The translations under genes were made by a program, and so were the position numbers. DNA of 64,000 nt from Bacteroidota bacterium (GTDB lineage: Bacteria > Bacteroidota > Ignavibacteria > Palsa-1295): positions 450,510-514,509 of the forward strand of contig JAJPIO010000009.1 in the NCBI GenBank assembly GCA_021324735.1, written 5' to 3'. Of the stretch, positions 8,749 through 19,650 are shown in pieces (the first letter of the stretch is position 1; every line of letters begins with the position of its first letter). The notes under the pieces are model-generated. The model searched no databases, was not told the origin of the DNA, and saw only the letters and a list, made by a program, of their open reading frames with translations.

Positions 8749-10188
8749 TTGGTTCGTGTAAGATTCGCTCCTTCTCCCACTGGGTACGTCCATGTCGGTT
8801 CGCTGCGTACCGCGTTATACTGTTACCTTTTTGCCCGGCGTCATAGCGGTGTAAATATTCTCCGAATAGAAGATACCGATCGCACACGCTATGTTGAAGG
8901 CGCTGTTGAGAATCTGCTTCGAACCATGGAGTGGGCCGGGATCGGCTTTGATGAAGGCCCGATCGAAGGTGGTGCGTGCGGACCCTACGTTCAATCCGAA
9001 CGCACCGAATTATATCGCGAGCACGCTAACCAGCTCATTGCAAACGGACATGCCTATGTCTGTTTCTGCACACCCGAGCGATTAGATACCGTTCGCAAAT
9101 CGCAGCAAGCTGCCGGCATTCCACCTATGTACGATCGGCATTGCCGTAATCTTTCCAAGGAAGAGGTAGATAGCAGGGTTGCTGCCGGAGAGCCGCATGT
9201 TGTTCGCCTGCGCGTACCCATTGGTGAAATGGTCCGCTTTCATGATATGATCCGCGATGACGTGGAATTCGATTCGCGCACGATCGACGATCAGGTGCTT
9301 TTGAAGTCCGATGGATTTCCGACCTATCATCTTGCAAATATCGTCGACGATCACTATATGCAAGTGACGCATGTAATTCGCGGTGAAGAATGGCTATCTT
9401 CGACGCCAAAACATGTTTTGCTCTATCAGGCATTTGGCTGGGAGCCGCCGAAGTTTGCACACCTGCCGTTACTACTGAATGCGGATCGTTCAAAACTCTC
9501 GAAGCGGCAGGGCGATGTGGCAGTAGAAGATTATAGGGACAAAGGCTATCTTCCGCAGGCCCTTATCAATTTCGTTGCTTTGCTTGGCTGGAATCCAAGC
9601 GCGACGGAAGAGATATTCTCGATGGACGAGCTTATCCGCCAGTTCGATCTCGAGCGAGTAAATAAAGCCGGTGCGGTATTCAACCGGGAAAAGCTCGATT
9701 GGATGAATGGCGAGTACATCCGCAAGATGACTCCGGAAGAATTATTGCCGCTTGTTCGTCCGCTTCTGGAAAAACGCAATTTTGTTGCGAGTGATGAGTA
9801 TGTATGCTCTGTCATCAAGCTCATGCAGGAGCGCGTCCGTACGCTGTGGGATTTCGTTGATTTTGCAAGCTACTTCTATATTACGCCTGACTTCACAACG
9901 GCGGATGAAAAATATAAGTCGAAGCACTGGACCCCGCAGGCAAAAGAACATCTCGGTGCGTTGCTTCCTAAATTAGAATCACTCGAGACCTGGAATCATG
10001 ACTCGATCGAGGCAGCTGTTCGCGAATATGCGGAAGCGAATGGTATGGGTGCGGGAAAGCTTATTCACCCGATTCGCCTGGCAGTAACGGGACGAGGTAT
10101 GGGACCGGGACTCTTTGAACTACTTGCTGTGCTTGGCAAGCAGGAGTGTGTTACACGCATTCAGCACGCACTGACATCGTTAGCGTGA
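8749..10188 (+). CDS. gltX: Glutamate--tRNA ligase
   Basis: (TTG start) VRVRFAPSPTGYVHVGSLRTALYCYLFARRH matches the class I HIGH region as HVGS. The KLSKRQGD KMSKS-like motif is present. Length is 479 aa. Confidence 0.9.
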   Translation: MVRVRFAPSPTGYVHVGSLRTALYCYLFARRHSGVNILRIEDTDRTRYVEGAVENLLRTMEWAGIGFDEGPIEGGACGPYVQSERTELYREHANQLIANGHAYVCFCTPERLDTVRKSQQAAGIPPMYDRHCRNLSKEEVDSRVAAGEPHVVRLRVPIGEMVRFHDMIRDDVEFDSRTIDDQVLLKSDGFPTYHLANIVDDHYMQVTHVIRGEEWLSSTPKHVLLYQAFGWEPPKFAHLPLLLNADRSKLSKRQGDVAVEDYRDKGYLPQALINFVALLGWNPSATEEIFSMDELIRQFDLERVNKAGAVFNREKLDWMNGEYIRKMTPEELLPLVRPLLEKRNFVASDEYVCSVIKLMQERVRTLWDFVDFASYFYITPDFTTADEKYKSKHWTPQAKEHLGALLPKLESLETWNHDSIEAAVREYAEANGMGAGKLIHPIRLAVTGRGMGPGLFELLAVLGKQECVTRIQHALTSLA

Positions 10189-10191
10189 GCG

Positions 10192-10503
10192 TTATACCTG
10201 GATCGTGTCGTTAAGTTTGCGCGACATTAATGCTGAGAGAAACGAGTGTAGGTCCTCGCCATCCTTCTCATTTAACCATGCATCGCCGCTCCAATTAAAG
10301 CGATGGCCGCCATAGTTAGCCGAGACCCATAGCTGTTCGAGCGGCGACTGCGGTGTGATCACGATCTTCTCACCATCCTCGAATTCAATATCGAGGACAT
10401 CGCCTTTGCGTTCGAAATCGAATTCCGAACCTGAATCGACCAGATCACCAAGTTTTATTTCAAGAGTTCGAACGGTATTGTCGTAGGTTTGAGAGAAGTT
10501 CAT
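10192..10503 (-). CDS. cyaY: Iron donor protein CyaY (bacterial frataxin homologue)
   Basis: 103 aa. The acidic N-terminal helix, LDIEFEDGEKIVITPQSPLEQLWVSANYGGHRFNW and the trailing aromatic motif are the frataxin/CyaY signature. Confidence 0.8.
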   Translation of the reverse strand: MNFSQTYDNTVRTLEIKLGDLVDSGSEFDFERKGDVLDIEFEDGEKIVITPQSPLEQLWVSANYGGHRFNWSGDAWLNEKDGEDLHSFLSALMSRKLNDTIQV

Positions 10504-10520
10504 AATTGCTCCCTAATAAA

Positions 10521-13499
10521 CTAGTCCACAGGTAAACCCAATTCTTTTCGCAAAAAGAAAGCAGTATGACTTCCGGACTTACTGAATCGATTTGCAAGAT
10601 CCTCCGGCGTTCCTTGATCGACAATACGTCCACCGCCGGAGCCGCCTTCGGGTCCAAGATCGACGACCCAGTCAGCCATTTTTATTACATCGAGGTTATG
10701 TTCAATAACTACTACGGTATTGCCTCGTGCTCGTAATTCGAGGAGCACGGATAAAAGCTGCTTGATATCTTCGAAGTGAAGTCCGGTCGTTGGTTCGTCG
10801 AGAATGTAGAGTGTTTTACCAGTCGCTACTTTTGAAAGTTCAGTCGCTAGTTTAACGCGCTGTGCTTCACCGCCGGAGAGTGTCGGTGCTTGCTGTCCTA
10901 AACGAATATATCCAAGCCCAACGGCTGAAAGCGTTGACAGCTTTCGCTTAATGCGTGGAATTTCCGAGAAAAATTCTTCCGCTTCTGTAACGCTCATTGC
11001 GAGTACATCGGCAATGGACTTGCCCTTGTAATGCACTTCGAGCGTCTCACGATTATATCGTTTACCGCGACACACATCGCAGGTGACGTACACATCGGGC
11101 AGGAAATTCATCTCGATCTTTTTGACGCCATCACCTTCACATGCTTCGCAGCGTCCGCTCTTAACGTTGAAAGAGAACCGGCCTACCTTATAACCGCGAA
11201 TGTTTGATTCTGGTAAAGAAGCAAAGAAATCTCGAATGTATGTGAACAGCCCGGTATAGGTTGCTGGATTAGAGCGCGGGGTACGGCCAATAGGCGATTG
11301 ATCGATCTCAATAACTTTATCGATAAGGTCGAGTCCCTCGATCTTCTTGTGAGGAAGCGGGACAACATGCGAGCTATAAAAATGCCTATTCAGGATCGGC
11401 GCTAACGTCTCATTGATAAGCGTCGATTTACCCGAACCCGATACTCCCGTGATGCAGGTAAACGTACCAAGCGGAATCGTGAGTGTGATGTTTTTGAGGT
11501 TGTTACCGGTTGCCCCTTCCAGGACGATCTCTTTTCCCTTTTTAGACTTTTGACGCTCCTTAGGAATTTCGAGCGAAGCGTTTCCCGAAAGATACCGGGC
11601 AGTAGGTGAATCCGCTCCAATGAAGAACTGGTCTGACCCGTTAGTCCCCACCGTCCCGCGATAAAAAAGCGATGGGGGACCATAAGCAACAAGCTTTCCT
11701 CCATATTCACCAGCGCGAGGCCCAATATCAGCGAGGATATCTGCCGACTCCATCATTTCACGGTCGTGCTCTACGACGACGACTGTATTGCCGAGGTCTC
11801 GAAGCTGCTCGAGGGAGTGAATAAGCCTGCGGTTATCGCGCTGGTGTAGCCCAATGCTCGGTTCGTCTAATATATAGAGCACGCCAACGAGTTGCGTGCC
11901 GATCTGTGTCGCAAGGCGAATACGCTGTGATTCACCGCCCGAAAGCGAGCGTGCCGAGCGGTCGAGCGATAAATACGATAGACCAACCTGCAACAGAAAA
12001 TCAATTCTTGGGATGATCTCACGCAAGATCGGTTCGGCAATCGTTTGCTTCATTCCATCGAATGTGAGCGAACGGAAATACTCGATAGTATTACCCAAGG
12101 ACATTGTGACGATGTCCTGAACGTTCTTGCCGGCGACGCGAATGGCCAGGTTTTCCGGCTTCAATCTTCCGCCATTGCAGACAGGACAGACATTGGAAGC
12201 CATAAACTCTTCGGCCCAACCACGCTGTGCCTCAGAACCAGATTCACCATACCAATATCGAAGCGTTTCGATGACGCCTGCCCAACGGGTTTTATACTTC
12301 GATGTTCTTCCACTATCAGAAGTCCACACGACATCCAGCTTTTCCTTGCCGGAGCCGTTCAGTAGCATGTCATAAACTTTCGGCGGAAGAGACTTTATGG
12401 GCGCTGAAAGGTCGCACTTAAAATGTTGGAATACCGCTTCCACCTGCGCCCATAGCCAATTTTTGCGCTGCTTGCCAAGAGGTATCACACCGCCCTCCGC
12501 AACTGATACGGAAGGGTCAGGAATAATTAGCTCGAGTACGAAGTCTTTTTTCTCGCCCAGCCCATGACAGGCCGGGCACGCGTTCGCAGGAGAGTTAAAA
12601 GAAAAAGTGTTTGGCTGTGGCTCTTCATAGGAACGACCACAATTCGGGCAACTATATTTTTCACTAAAGAGTACGTCTTCGGCTGGTTGGCCGGGTGGAA
12701 TGATCTCGGCACTGATCGTGCCTTTGCTCATTTTGAGCGCTGTTTCCACTGAAGCTGTGAGACGTTCGCGAACGGCGTCCTGCAGCACGAGCCGGTCGAT
12801 GACGATCTCAATCGTGTGTGCTTTATAGCGGTCGAGCTCGAGACCGTCGAAAATATCCTTTAGCTCGTGATCGATTCGAGCGCGGGTAAATCCTTGCCGT
12901 AAGACGTCACGAAAGACATCTTTGAACTGGCCCTTGCGACCACGGACCAACGGAGCATAAATAGTGATCTTTGTACCATCGGGGTGCTTGAGCAAAGCAT
13001 CAATGATCTGATCGACCGTCTGTTTGGTAACCGGTAGATTGCAATCGACGCAATACTGCGTGCCAGTCCTCGCAAAGAGGAGTCGGATGAAATCATAGAT
13101 CTCGGTTACCGTGCCGACGGTCGAGCGAGGGGTAGAGCCTATGGTCTTTTGGTCGATCGAAATAGCAGGGGAGAGCCCTTCAATGTAATCGACATCCGGG
13201 CGCTCCATCATGTCGAGAAACTGGCGGGCATACGGCGAAAGGGACTCGACATACCGCCGCTGGCCCTCGGCATAGATCGTATCGAACGCAAGCGAAGACT
13301 TCCCCGAACCGGAAATGCCGGTAATTACTACCAGCTTCTCACGAGGAATATCGACATCCAGGCCTCGAAGATTGTGGACGCGCGCTCCGCGAACCACAAT
13401 GGATTCACTATTCGAAAGGTCGAGGGCACGCGCTGGTATGCCGTTGTCCGCCACCAGTGTTTCATTCTTAGAGGTATCTTTCTTTGTTCGCTTGGCCAA
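10521..13499 (-). CDS. uvrA: Excinuclease ABC subunit A (class I UvrA)
   Basis: 992 aa. It has two ABC ATPase modules ([34 protein letters not shown] and a second Walker [11 protein letters not shown]), CxxC zinc fingers, and the signatures [12 protein letters not shown] and [12 protein letters not shown]. Confidence 0.95.
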   Translation of the reverse strand: MAKRTKKDTSKNETLVADNGIPARALDLSNSESIVVRGARVHNLRGLDVDIPREKLVVITGISGSGKSSLAFDTIYAEGQRRYVESLSPYARQFLDMMERPDVDYIEGLSPAISIDQKTIGSTPRSTVGTVTEIYDFIRLLFARTGTQYCVDCNLPVTKQTVDQIIDALLKHPDGTKITIYAPLVRGRKGQFKDVFRDVLRQGFTRARIDHELKDIFDGLELDRYKAHTIEIVIDRLVLQDAVRERLTASVETALKMSKGTISAEIIPPGQPAEDVLFSEKYSCPNCGRSYEEPQPNTFSFNSPANACPACHGLGEKKDFVLELIIPDPSVSVAEGGVIPLGKQRKNWLWAQVEAVFQHFKCDLSAPIKSLPPKVYDMLLNGSGKEKLDVVWTSDSGRTSKYKTRWAGVIETLRYWYGESGSEAQRGWAEEFMASNVCPVCNGGRLKPENLAIRVAGKNVQDIVTMSLGNTIEYFRSLTFDGMKQTIAEPILREIIPRIDFLLQVGLSYLSLDRSARSLSGGESQRIRLATQIGTQLVGVLYILDEPSIGLHQRDNRRLIHSLEQLRDLGNTVVVVEHDREMMESADILADIGPRAGEYGGKLVAYGPPSLFYRGTVGTNGSDQFFIGADSPTARYLSGNASLEIPKERQKSKKGKEIVLEGATGNNLKNITLTIPLGTFTCITGVSGSGKSTLINETLAPILNRHFYSSHVVPLPHKKIEGLDLIDKVIEIDQSPIGRTPRSNPATYTGLFTYIRDFFASLPESNIRGYKVGRFSFNVKSGRCEACEGDGVKKIEMNFLPDVYVTCDVCRGKRYNRETLEVHYKGKSIADVLAMSVTEAEEFFSEIPRIKRKLSTLSAVGLGYIRLGQQAPTLSGGEAQRVKLATELSKVATGKTLYILDEPTTGLHFEDIKQLLSVLLELRARGNTVVVIEHNLDVIKMADWVVDLGPEGGSGGGRIVDQGTPEDLANRFSKSGSHTAFFLRKELGLPVD

Positions 13500-13666
13500 T
13501 GTTTTGACGGTATGAAAGCGCTGTTATGCGCTCCTATATCAGCCATTTCGTAGGCTGGTTTTGGACAACAGGACAGAAATTTGGTTGGTTGCGAATCCAG
13601 CATTAAGAAGTAAATGGAACTATCAACGGCTGCAAATTCTTTGGAAGCGCGACTGAACAAGAACCA

Positions 13667-14656
13667 GTGACCGTCTCTGCCCGGAAACGACTTCAACCCC
13701 AGCCGCCCTCGGCCAACGGCAGAGTCTTTTCCTCCTCCGACCGCCGGGATCTTTTAACGATCGAGGCCCTGCCTGCTGAAACGATAATCGGTCTTCTCGA
13801 CCGTAGTGATGAGTATCTTAAGAGCTTAATAGCGACCGGTCCCTTTCAAAAGTCAAAGCTGCTGGAAGGCCGGACTATCGTTAATCTCTTCTTTGAGAAT
13901 TCAACGCGCACACGAACATCGTTCGAATTGGCTGAGCGACGGCTCGGAGGTGATGCCGTCACTATTTCACCGGCAGCAAGTAGCCTTACAAAGGGCGAAT
14001 CTATTTTAGATACGGTTCATGTACTGGAGGCAATGAAGGTCGATGCCTTTGTTGTGCGACATAGCGCATCCGGTGTTCCGGCATTTCTTGCAAAGCATCT
14101 GCCGCCCCATGTGCATGTCATCAACGCTGGTGATGGAGCGCACGAACATCCTACTCAAGCCTTACTCGATGCTGCCGAGCTCCGCGCCGCCCTGGGAAAT
14201 TTGCGAGGTAAGCGCATCGCCATTGTTGGGGATATAACACATTCTCGGGTGGCCCGCTCGAATATGTGGCTCTTAAAGAAACTGGGTGTGCACGTTACGC
14301 TTGTTGGACCGGAGACGCTATTGCCCCCAAGTGTGGGAGAGGTTTTCGGTGTCGCCGTTTCCCATAATATCGAATCTGTGCTCGCCGAAAGCGATGCTAT
14401 CATTGCGTTGCGTATTCAACTCGAACGGCAATCGCGTGGATTATTCCCTTCGATCGAAGAATACCGTGAACGTTATGGGTTAACAATTCAGCGTCTCGCG
14501 CGGACACGAGCGATCATCCTGCATCCCGGACCCGTGAACGTTGGAATCGAACTCGATCATGAGATCGCCTCACACGATCGTTCGTTTATGCTTCGGCAAG
14601 TAAAGCGTGGTGTCGCCGTGCGTATGGCTGTGCTCGAATGGATATTTTCTAATTAA
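13667..14656 (+). CDS. pyrB: Aspartate carbamoyltransferase catalytic subunit
   Basis: FENSTRTRTSFELA is the carbamoyl-phosphate-binding STRTR motif, and HPTQALLD is also present. A roughly 25-aa N-terminal leader before RDLLTIEAL may mean the true start is a downstream non-ATG codon. Confidence 0.9.
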   Translation: MTVSARKRLQPQPPSANGRVFSSSDRRDLLTIEALPAETIIGLLDRSDEYLKSLIATGPFQKSKLLEGRTIVNLFFENSTRTRTSFELAERRLGGDAVTISPAASSLTKGESILDTVHVLEAMKVDAFVVRHSASGVPAFLAKHLPPHVHVINAGDGAHEHPTQALLDAAELRAALGNLRGKRIAIVGDITHSRVARSNMWLLKKLGVHVTLVGPETLLPPSVGEVFGVAVSHNIESVLAESDAIIALRIQLERQSRGLFPSIEEYRERYGLTIQRLARTRAIILHPGPVNVGIELDHEIASHDRSFMLRQVKRGVAVRMAVLEWIFSN

Positions 14657-14665
14657 AAATTACGG

Positions 14666-15940
14666 ATGGATCTACTGCTTCGGAACGCTCACCTTGTCGA
14701 TCCTTCGCTGGGTCTCGACGCAACTGGAATGGACGTTGAGATACTCGGTGGGGTTATTACGCGGATTGGTAAGTCCCTTCAGTCATCGGCAGAGGTTTGC
14801 GATCTGAATGGCGCTGTCGTAGCTCCCGGTTTTTTTGATATGCACGTTCACCTGCGTGAACCTGGGCAGGAATACAAAGAGACGATCGCGACCGGACTAA
14901 CTGCGGCCGCTGCCGGCGGTTTTACCGGCATCTGTTGCATGCCGAATACCGAGCCTTCGATTTCCGATCCATTTGTTGTAAGCTACATTAAAGAACGAGC
15001 GGCAGGACATTTAGTCGATCTGGTGATCTGTGGGACGATGACGAAGGGTCGTAAAGGCGAAGAGCTTGCACCAATGGCGGCATTGGTAGATGCGGGAGTA
15101 AAGATGATCTCAGATGACGGCGGAGCCGTTCGTAGCGCCGAGGTCATGCGTCGTGTGTTCGAATATGCAAAGATGTTCGATCTACTCGTTACTCAGCATT
15201 GTGAAGAGCACTCGATGACGGCGGGCGCGGCGATGAACGAAGGCCATACTTCTACAAAGCTTGGAATTCCTGGTTGGCCGGCGGTTGCCGAAGATATCAT
15301 TGTGGCCCGCGATATTCTGCTGGCGGAGTATGTAGGCAATGTCCGTTATCATGCAGCACATTTGAGTACTAAGGGTTCAGTGCGATTGGTGCGGGAAGCA
15401 AAAGGTCGAGGTGCAACAGTGTCTTGCGAAGTGACACCACATCATTTTATGTTGACCGACCAAGCCGTCGAAAAGCATGGTACGATGGCGAAGATGAACC
15501 CTCCACTCCGCGCAGAAGACGACATTAATGCAATTATTGAAGGCTTGCAGGATGGCACGATCGATTGCATTGCGACCGATCATGCACCGCATGCAATGCA
15601 TGAAAAAGAGACCGATATTGTAAGCGCGTCGTTCGGTATTATTGGTCTTGAGACTGCTATTCCAATTGGTCTTACTTATCTGGTAAAACCGGGACATTTA
15701 TCGCTCTCTCAATATATCGAGAAGTGTTCGATCAACCCACGCAAAGCTCTTAAACTACCGGCGGTCCAAATAAAAGAGAAGGAAAGAGCTAATCTCACGA
15801 TCTTTGATCCCCATAAGACATGGCGATTTGAGGAAAGTGACATTCGGTCGAAGTCCAAAAACACACCGTTCGTGGGTGAAGAATTTACAGGTAAAGTCAT
15901 TGGGACGATCAATAACGACCATGCGTATTGGTCAAATTGA
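14666..15940 (+). CDS. pyrC: Dihydroorotase
   Basis: LLRNAHLVDP...APGFFDMHVHLREPGQEYKETI is the amidohydrolase HxH motif. DHAPH is present and the length is 424 aa. It sits immediately downstream of pyrB. Confidence 0.9.
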   Translation: MDLLLRNAHLVDPSLGLDATGMDVEILGGVITRIGKSLQSSAEVCDLNGAVVAPGFFDMHVHLREPGQEYKETIATGLTAAAAGGFTGICCMPNTEPSISDPFVVSYIKERAAGHLVDLVICGTMTKGRKGEELAPMAALVDAGVKMISDDGGAVRSAEVMRRVFEYAKMFDLLVTQHCEEHSMTAGAAMNEGHTSTKLGIPGWPAVAEDIIVARDILLAEYVGNVRYHAAHLSTKGSVRLVREAKGRGATVSCEVTPHHFMLTDQAVEKHGTMAKMNPPLRAEDDINAIIEGLQDGTIDCIATDHAPHAMHEKETDIVSASFGIIGLETAIPIGLTYLVKPGHLSLSQYIEKCSINPRKALKLPAVQIKEKERANLTIFDPHKTWRFEESDIRSKSKNTPFVGEEFTGKVIGTINNDHAYWSN

Positions 15941-15996
15941 GCGGGGGAACGAGAGCTAATCGAAGAATGTATTAAGACTCAGTCTTAATAAGGATT

Positions 15997-16602
15997 ATGA
16001 AGACCTCCGCTTCCTCCACAACTAAAAAGCGTCCGCCCGCCCTCCGAAGAGAGCAGCAGGGGCCGCACGAACACTTCCGCAAATTCCTGCAGGAAGGGCA
16101 GTATCGTATTACGCCCGAACGCTTTGACGTTCTCGACGCCGTGCTTGCATGGGACGATCACTTCGATGCCGACAATCTTTTCATTTATCTTAAGAACAAC
16201 GGTTCGAAAGTCTCTCGCGCAACAGTCTACAAGACCTTGGCACTCTTGCATGAATGCGGGCTCGTTTCTCGATACCGTTTCTCTCAGGGACACGCTCAAT
16301 ATGAGAAAACGACCGATCGTCCGCACCACGATCACATGGTCTGTACTAAATGTGGTAAGATCGTGGAGTTCGAAAATTCACGCGTCGAGCGATTACAGGA
16401 TGATGCCTGTGCCCAGTTCGGCTTTACGCCGATGTATCACTCCTTTCAAATATTTGGTATTTGCCTCGAATGTCGCACGGCTGGTACCAATGCAACCACA
16501 CGGAACCATGCAGTCCAACAGCAGGGTGTAACCGGCATTCCCGGTTCCGGCGGAGTGCTTCCGCTCAAAGCAGTGAAAGAGCAGCACTCGAAAGAGTCGT
16601 GA
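15997..16602 (+). CDS. fur: Fur-family metalloregulator (Fur/Zur/PerR-like) with N- and C-terminal extensions
   Basis: RITPERFDVLDAV..., HHDHMVCTKCGKIVEF and ICLECR match the Fur DNA-binding and metal-binding (HHDH, CxxC...CxxC) pattern. At 201 aa it is longer than typical Fur. A perfect 21-bp palindrome lies just upstream. Confidence 0.8.
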   Translation: MKTSASSTTKKRPPALRREQQGPHEHFRKFLQEGQYRITPERFDVLDAVLAWDDHFDADNLFIYLKNNGSKVSRATVYKTLALLHECGLVSRYRFSQGHAQYEKTTDRPHHDHMVCTKCGKIVEFENSRVERLQDDACAQFGFTPMYHSFQIFGICLECRTAGTNATTRNHAVQQQGVTGIPGSGGVLPLKAVKEQHSKES

Positions 16603-16689
16603 TTATTATTTCAGCCCTGATGTTCGCGAAGCCAAGCCGGCAGTATACACAAGCGCCTGTTTTATAGATTCTTGAAGTATTATTCTCCC

Positions 16690-17880
16690 ATGACACGAAT
16701 TCTTGCAATTCTGATCTTGATCGTTCTTCCACTTTCGGTATTCGGGCAGGCTACGGCGCCTACACCCATTACTGACACATCAAAAAAATCGTCGACATGG
16801 TCGCTATCTACGATCCATATTGCGCCGATGTATCGATTTTCGATCCAGGATAATGCGATGATTGACTCTGCGAAGCAATTTCGTGGACCACAGCCATTAC
16901 CAGATTCGTGCTATTATCCAGGCGAGAAACATCTTAAGAATATTCGCCAATATACCTTTGAAGGAGAGAATGCGGAGGCTTATTTAAGCCCTGATGATAA
17001 ATACATCTCATTTCAGGCGCATGGTAAAAATCCGAATACATGCGATCAGATCTATTGGATGCCATTCGATGGGAGTTATGTAAAACGAATTTCTCCAGGT
17101 ACGGGCCGGACTACCTGTTCTTACATTTATCCTGGCGATGGCGTCGTCTTGTATGCGTCTACCATGGCAATGTATGACGCTTGTCCACCACAACCGGATT
17201 TTTCAAACGGATATGTGTGGCCTCTCTATAAAGGATATGACATCTATCTTTCGGATACGAATGGCACACTGGTGGCCCGACTAATGAAGGATACCGAATA
17301 TTACGATGCGGAAGCAACGATCGCACCAGATGGCCGTCACATTGTATTTACAAGTACCCGTTCCGGAGACATCGATCTGTTTTCGATGAACCTTAATGGT
17401 ACTGGTATTAAACAGCTGACGCATGAAGAAGGGTACGATGGAGGCGCATTTTATTCGCCTGATAGCAAAGAGATCGTGTATCGTGCTTCACGTCCGAAGG
17501 GTAAAGGGTTAAAAGAGTATCGTGAGCTTTTGAAACAAGGCCTTGTCAAACCTCATACACTTGAAATTTATGTGATGAATGCGGATGGTTCGCGCAAACG
17601 ACAAGTAACACATCTGGGCGGAGCCAGCTTTGCACCCTTCTTTGCACCCGATGGCCAGCATATTATTTTTTCGTCCAACTATCTCGATCCGAATGGACGG
17701 AATTTCGATCTTTTTATGATCAAGAAGGACGGTACCGGTCTCGAGCGTATTACTTATGGTGGTGGCTTTAACAGCTTTCCGATGTTCACGAAGGACGGCA
17801 AGCATCTTATCTTCTGCTCGAACCGTAATGGCTCCCATCCGCACAATACCAATATTTTCGTCGCTGATTGGGTAGACTAA
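16690..17880 (+). CDS. Secreted PD40/TolB-like beta-propeller repeat protein
   Basis: Signal peptide MTRILAILILIVLPLSVFGQA. Repeated blocks of the form IAPDGRHIVFTSTRSGDIDLFSMNLNGTG, FAPDGQHIIFSSNY...DLFMIKKDGTG and MFTKDGKHLIFCSNRNG are WD40-like PD40 repeats. Confidence 0.7.
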   Translation: MTRILAILILIVLPLSVFGQATAPTPITDTSKKSSTWSLSTIHIAPMYRFSIQDNAMIDSAKQFRGPQPLPDSCYYPGEKHLKNIRQYTFEGENAEAYLSPDDKYISFQAHGKNPNTCDQIYWMPFDGSYVKRISPGTGRTTCSYIYPGDGVVLYASTMAMYDACPPQPDFSNGYVWPLYKGYDIYLSDTNGTLVARLMKDTEYYDAEATIAPDGRHIVFTSTRSGDIDLFSMNLNGTGIKQLTHEEGYDGGAFYSPDSKEIVYRASRPKGKGLKEYRELLKQGLVKPHTLEIYVMNADGSRKRQVTHLGGASFAPFFAPDGQHIIFSSNYLDPNGRNFDLFMIKKDGTGLERITYGGGFNSFPMFTKDGKHLIFCSNRNGSHPHNTNIFVADWVD

Positions 17881-17927
17881 GCCGTTCGAACAACCTAAAA
17901 GTCGCAACACGTTTAATGTAGTATTAC

Positions 17928-19106
17928 ATGAGAGTATCGTATATCCTTGTTCTTCGTCCGTTATTAAGATTAAGTCTTTATAGCACCCTGGTCTTTATTG
18001 TACCTTCGCAAACGGTTCGTGCACAATCCTCAGAAGATTCGATTCCATCTACATCTCTTCAAAACTTTCTTGATAAAACCCATATCGGCGGGTATGGAGA
18101 GATCACATACAAAGCTCCGAATGAAGGCGATGTCCCTCGATTAGATATACCGCGTTTCGTAATTTATCTCGATCATTATTTCTCCGATAAATGGGCAATG
18201 AAATCCGAGACGGAGATCGAGCACGTTAAACTCGAACGTGGTGAGGGCGGAGAGATCGGTCTCGAGCAAGCATTTTTAGATTACCACGCCAATTCACATA
18301 TTGGGTGGCGGACCGGATTGCTTCTTATTCCGATGGGTATTATCAATCAAACCCACGAGCCGAACACGTTCTATAGTGTGGAACGACCACAGTTCGACGA
18401 GCAGGTAATTCCGACGACCTGGCGTGAGATCGGAACCGGTGTGTATGGTGATCTCAGCGAAGGCCTGAAATATCAATTATATGTAACAGAAGGTCTAAAG
18501 ACGCAAGAGATAACCTCCGAAGGACTTGATGGCGGGAAGCAGGAGGGGTCTGCCGGAGAAGAAACATCGGATTTCATGGCGGGTAGTGATGCTTCACATC
18601 CCGCGCTCTCGGCGAAACTCGAAGTATTGCCGTTTGCGGGGTTGCGGATTGGTGCATCCACATATATTGAGCCTGGTTATACCCACGATATATCACGATC
18701 ATTTTTCATGAGCGTTCTGGACGCACGATATGAACATGGGCCACTCCATATTCGAGGCGAAGGAGGTGTTATCAACACGGGAGATGCCTCGGATTTTCCG
18801 CATGTACCAACAGGTGCTCGCGGAGGTTATGTTGAAGCCGCCTATAATGTGATGCCATTATTTTCGTCTGCGGAATCAGAATTGCTTCCGTTCGTGAGAG
18901 TGGAAAGAATAGAATTTTCGTCGCGAAGCGACACAACCGAAGCCAATTTTAGCACCGATCGTGACATTGACCGAAATACGATCACTGCAGGCCTGGCATT
19001 TAAGCCCCTCGATAATATTATTTTGAAAGCCGACTATCGGGTCACGAAAATCGAAGGAGAGCTTGATTATCGTCAATTTAGTTTAGGACTCGGATTTGCT
19101 TATTAA
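17928..19106 (+). CDS. Putative outer-membrane beta-barrel protein
   Basis: N-terminal signal-like region, alternating amphipathic beta-strand pattern, and a C-terminal ...GLGFAY aromatic terminus typical of OMP barrels. No named family was recognised. Confidence 0.45.
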   Translation: MRVSYILVLRPLLRLSLYSTLVFIVPSQTVRAQSSEDSIPSTSLQNFLDKTHIGGYGEITYKAPNEGDVPRLDIPRFVIYLDHYFSDKWAMKSETEIEHVKLERGEGGEIGLEQAFLDYHANSHIGWRTGLLLIPMGIINQTHEPNTFYSVERPQFDEQVIPTTWREIGTGVYGDLSEGLKYQLYVTEGLKTQEITSEGLDGGKQEGSAGEETSDFMAGSDASHPALSAKLEVLPFAGLRIGASTYIEPGYTHDISRSFFMSVLDARYEHGPLHIRGEGGVINTGDASDFPHVPTGARGGYVEAAYNVMPLFSSAESELLPFVRVERIEFSSRSDTTEANFSTDRDIDRNTITAGLAFKPLDNIILKADYRVTKIEGELDYRQFSLGLGFAY

Positions 19107-19110
19107 TCGA

Positions 19111-19650
19111 ATGCAGAGACTAATTATCGTTTGCCTCTTGGTAGGCTTTCCAGTATTGGCCAAGGCGCAGTCTATTGCGCAAAAGGCTGACGCTGCAATG
19201 CACAGAGTTTTTGGCGAGCAAGCAGTACTGACGAAGGAGACTCTTCCCATTGATCCACCAATGCGTTCAGCGGTCCAGAAGCGCTCGGAAGAAGAGGTCG
19301 GTGATAAAGTCATTGTGCATAAAGCGTTGAAAGACGGCAAGATAATCGGCTACGGCATCGTCGATGACGTTCGAGGCAAAGCTCAGCCCATTACCTATAT
19401 TACGTTGTTTCATCCTGATGGCAAAATTGCGGATGTAGAAGTTCTTGTTTATCGCGAGCCGTATGGTGGTGAAGTTGCCTATGAATCATTTCGCAAGCAA
19501 TTTCGAGGAAAGAGCTCGAACTCTCAGCTTCGTGTAGGCCATGATATACAAAACGTTGCCGGCGCTACGATCTCGAGCAAGGCGATCACATATGGAGCAA
19601 AAAAAATAGCCGTTCTCTTCGACGAGCTTAGGAAGGCCGGCAAATTATGA
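19111..19650 (+). CDS. FMN-binding domain protein (extracytoplasmic, NqrC/RnfG/NosR-like FMN_bind)
   Basis: Signal peptide MQRLIIVCLLVGFPVLAKAQ. ...ITYITLFHPDGKIADVEV and ...ATISSKAIT match the FMN_bind domain, including the flavinylated Thr/Ser context (GATISS). The start at 19111 avoids overlap with the upstream gene. Confidence 0.7.
   Translation: MQRLIIVCLLVGFPVLAKAQSIAQKADAAMHRVFGEQAVLTKETLPIDPPMRSAVQKRSEEEVGDKVIVHKALKDGKIIGYGIVDDVRGKAQPITYITLFHPDGKIADVEVLVYREPYGGEVAYESFRKQFRGKSSNSQLRVGHDIQNVAGATISSKAITYGAKKIAVLFDELRKAGKL

Noticed and set aside
15985-16335. A 116-aa minus-strand ORF opposite fur.
   Set aside because: It is fully antisense to a well-supported Fur-family gene and has no motif support.
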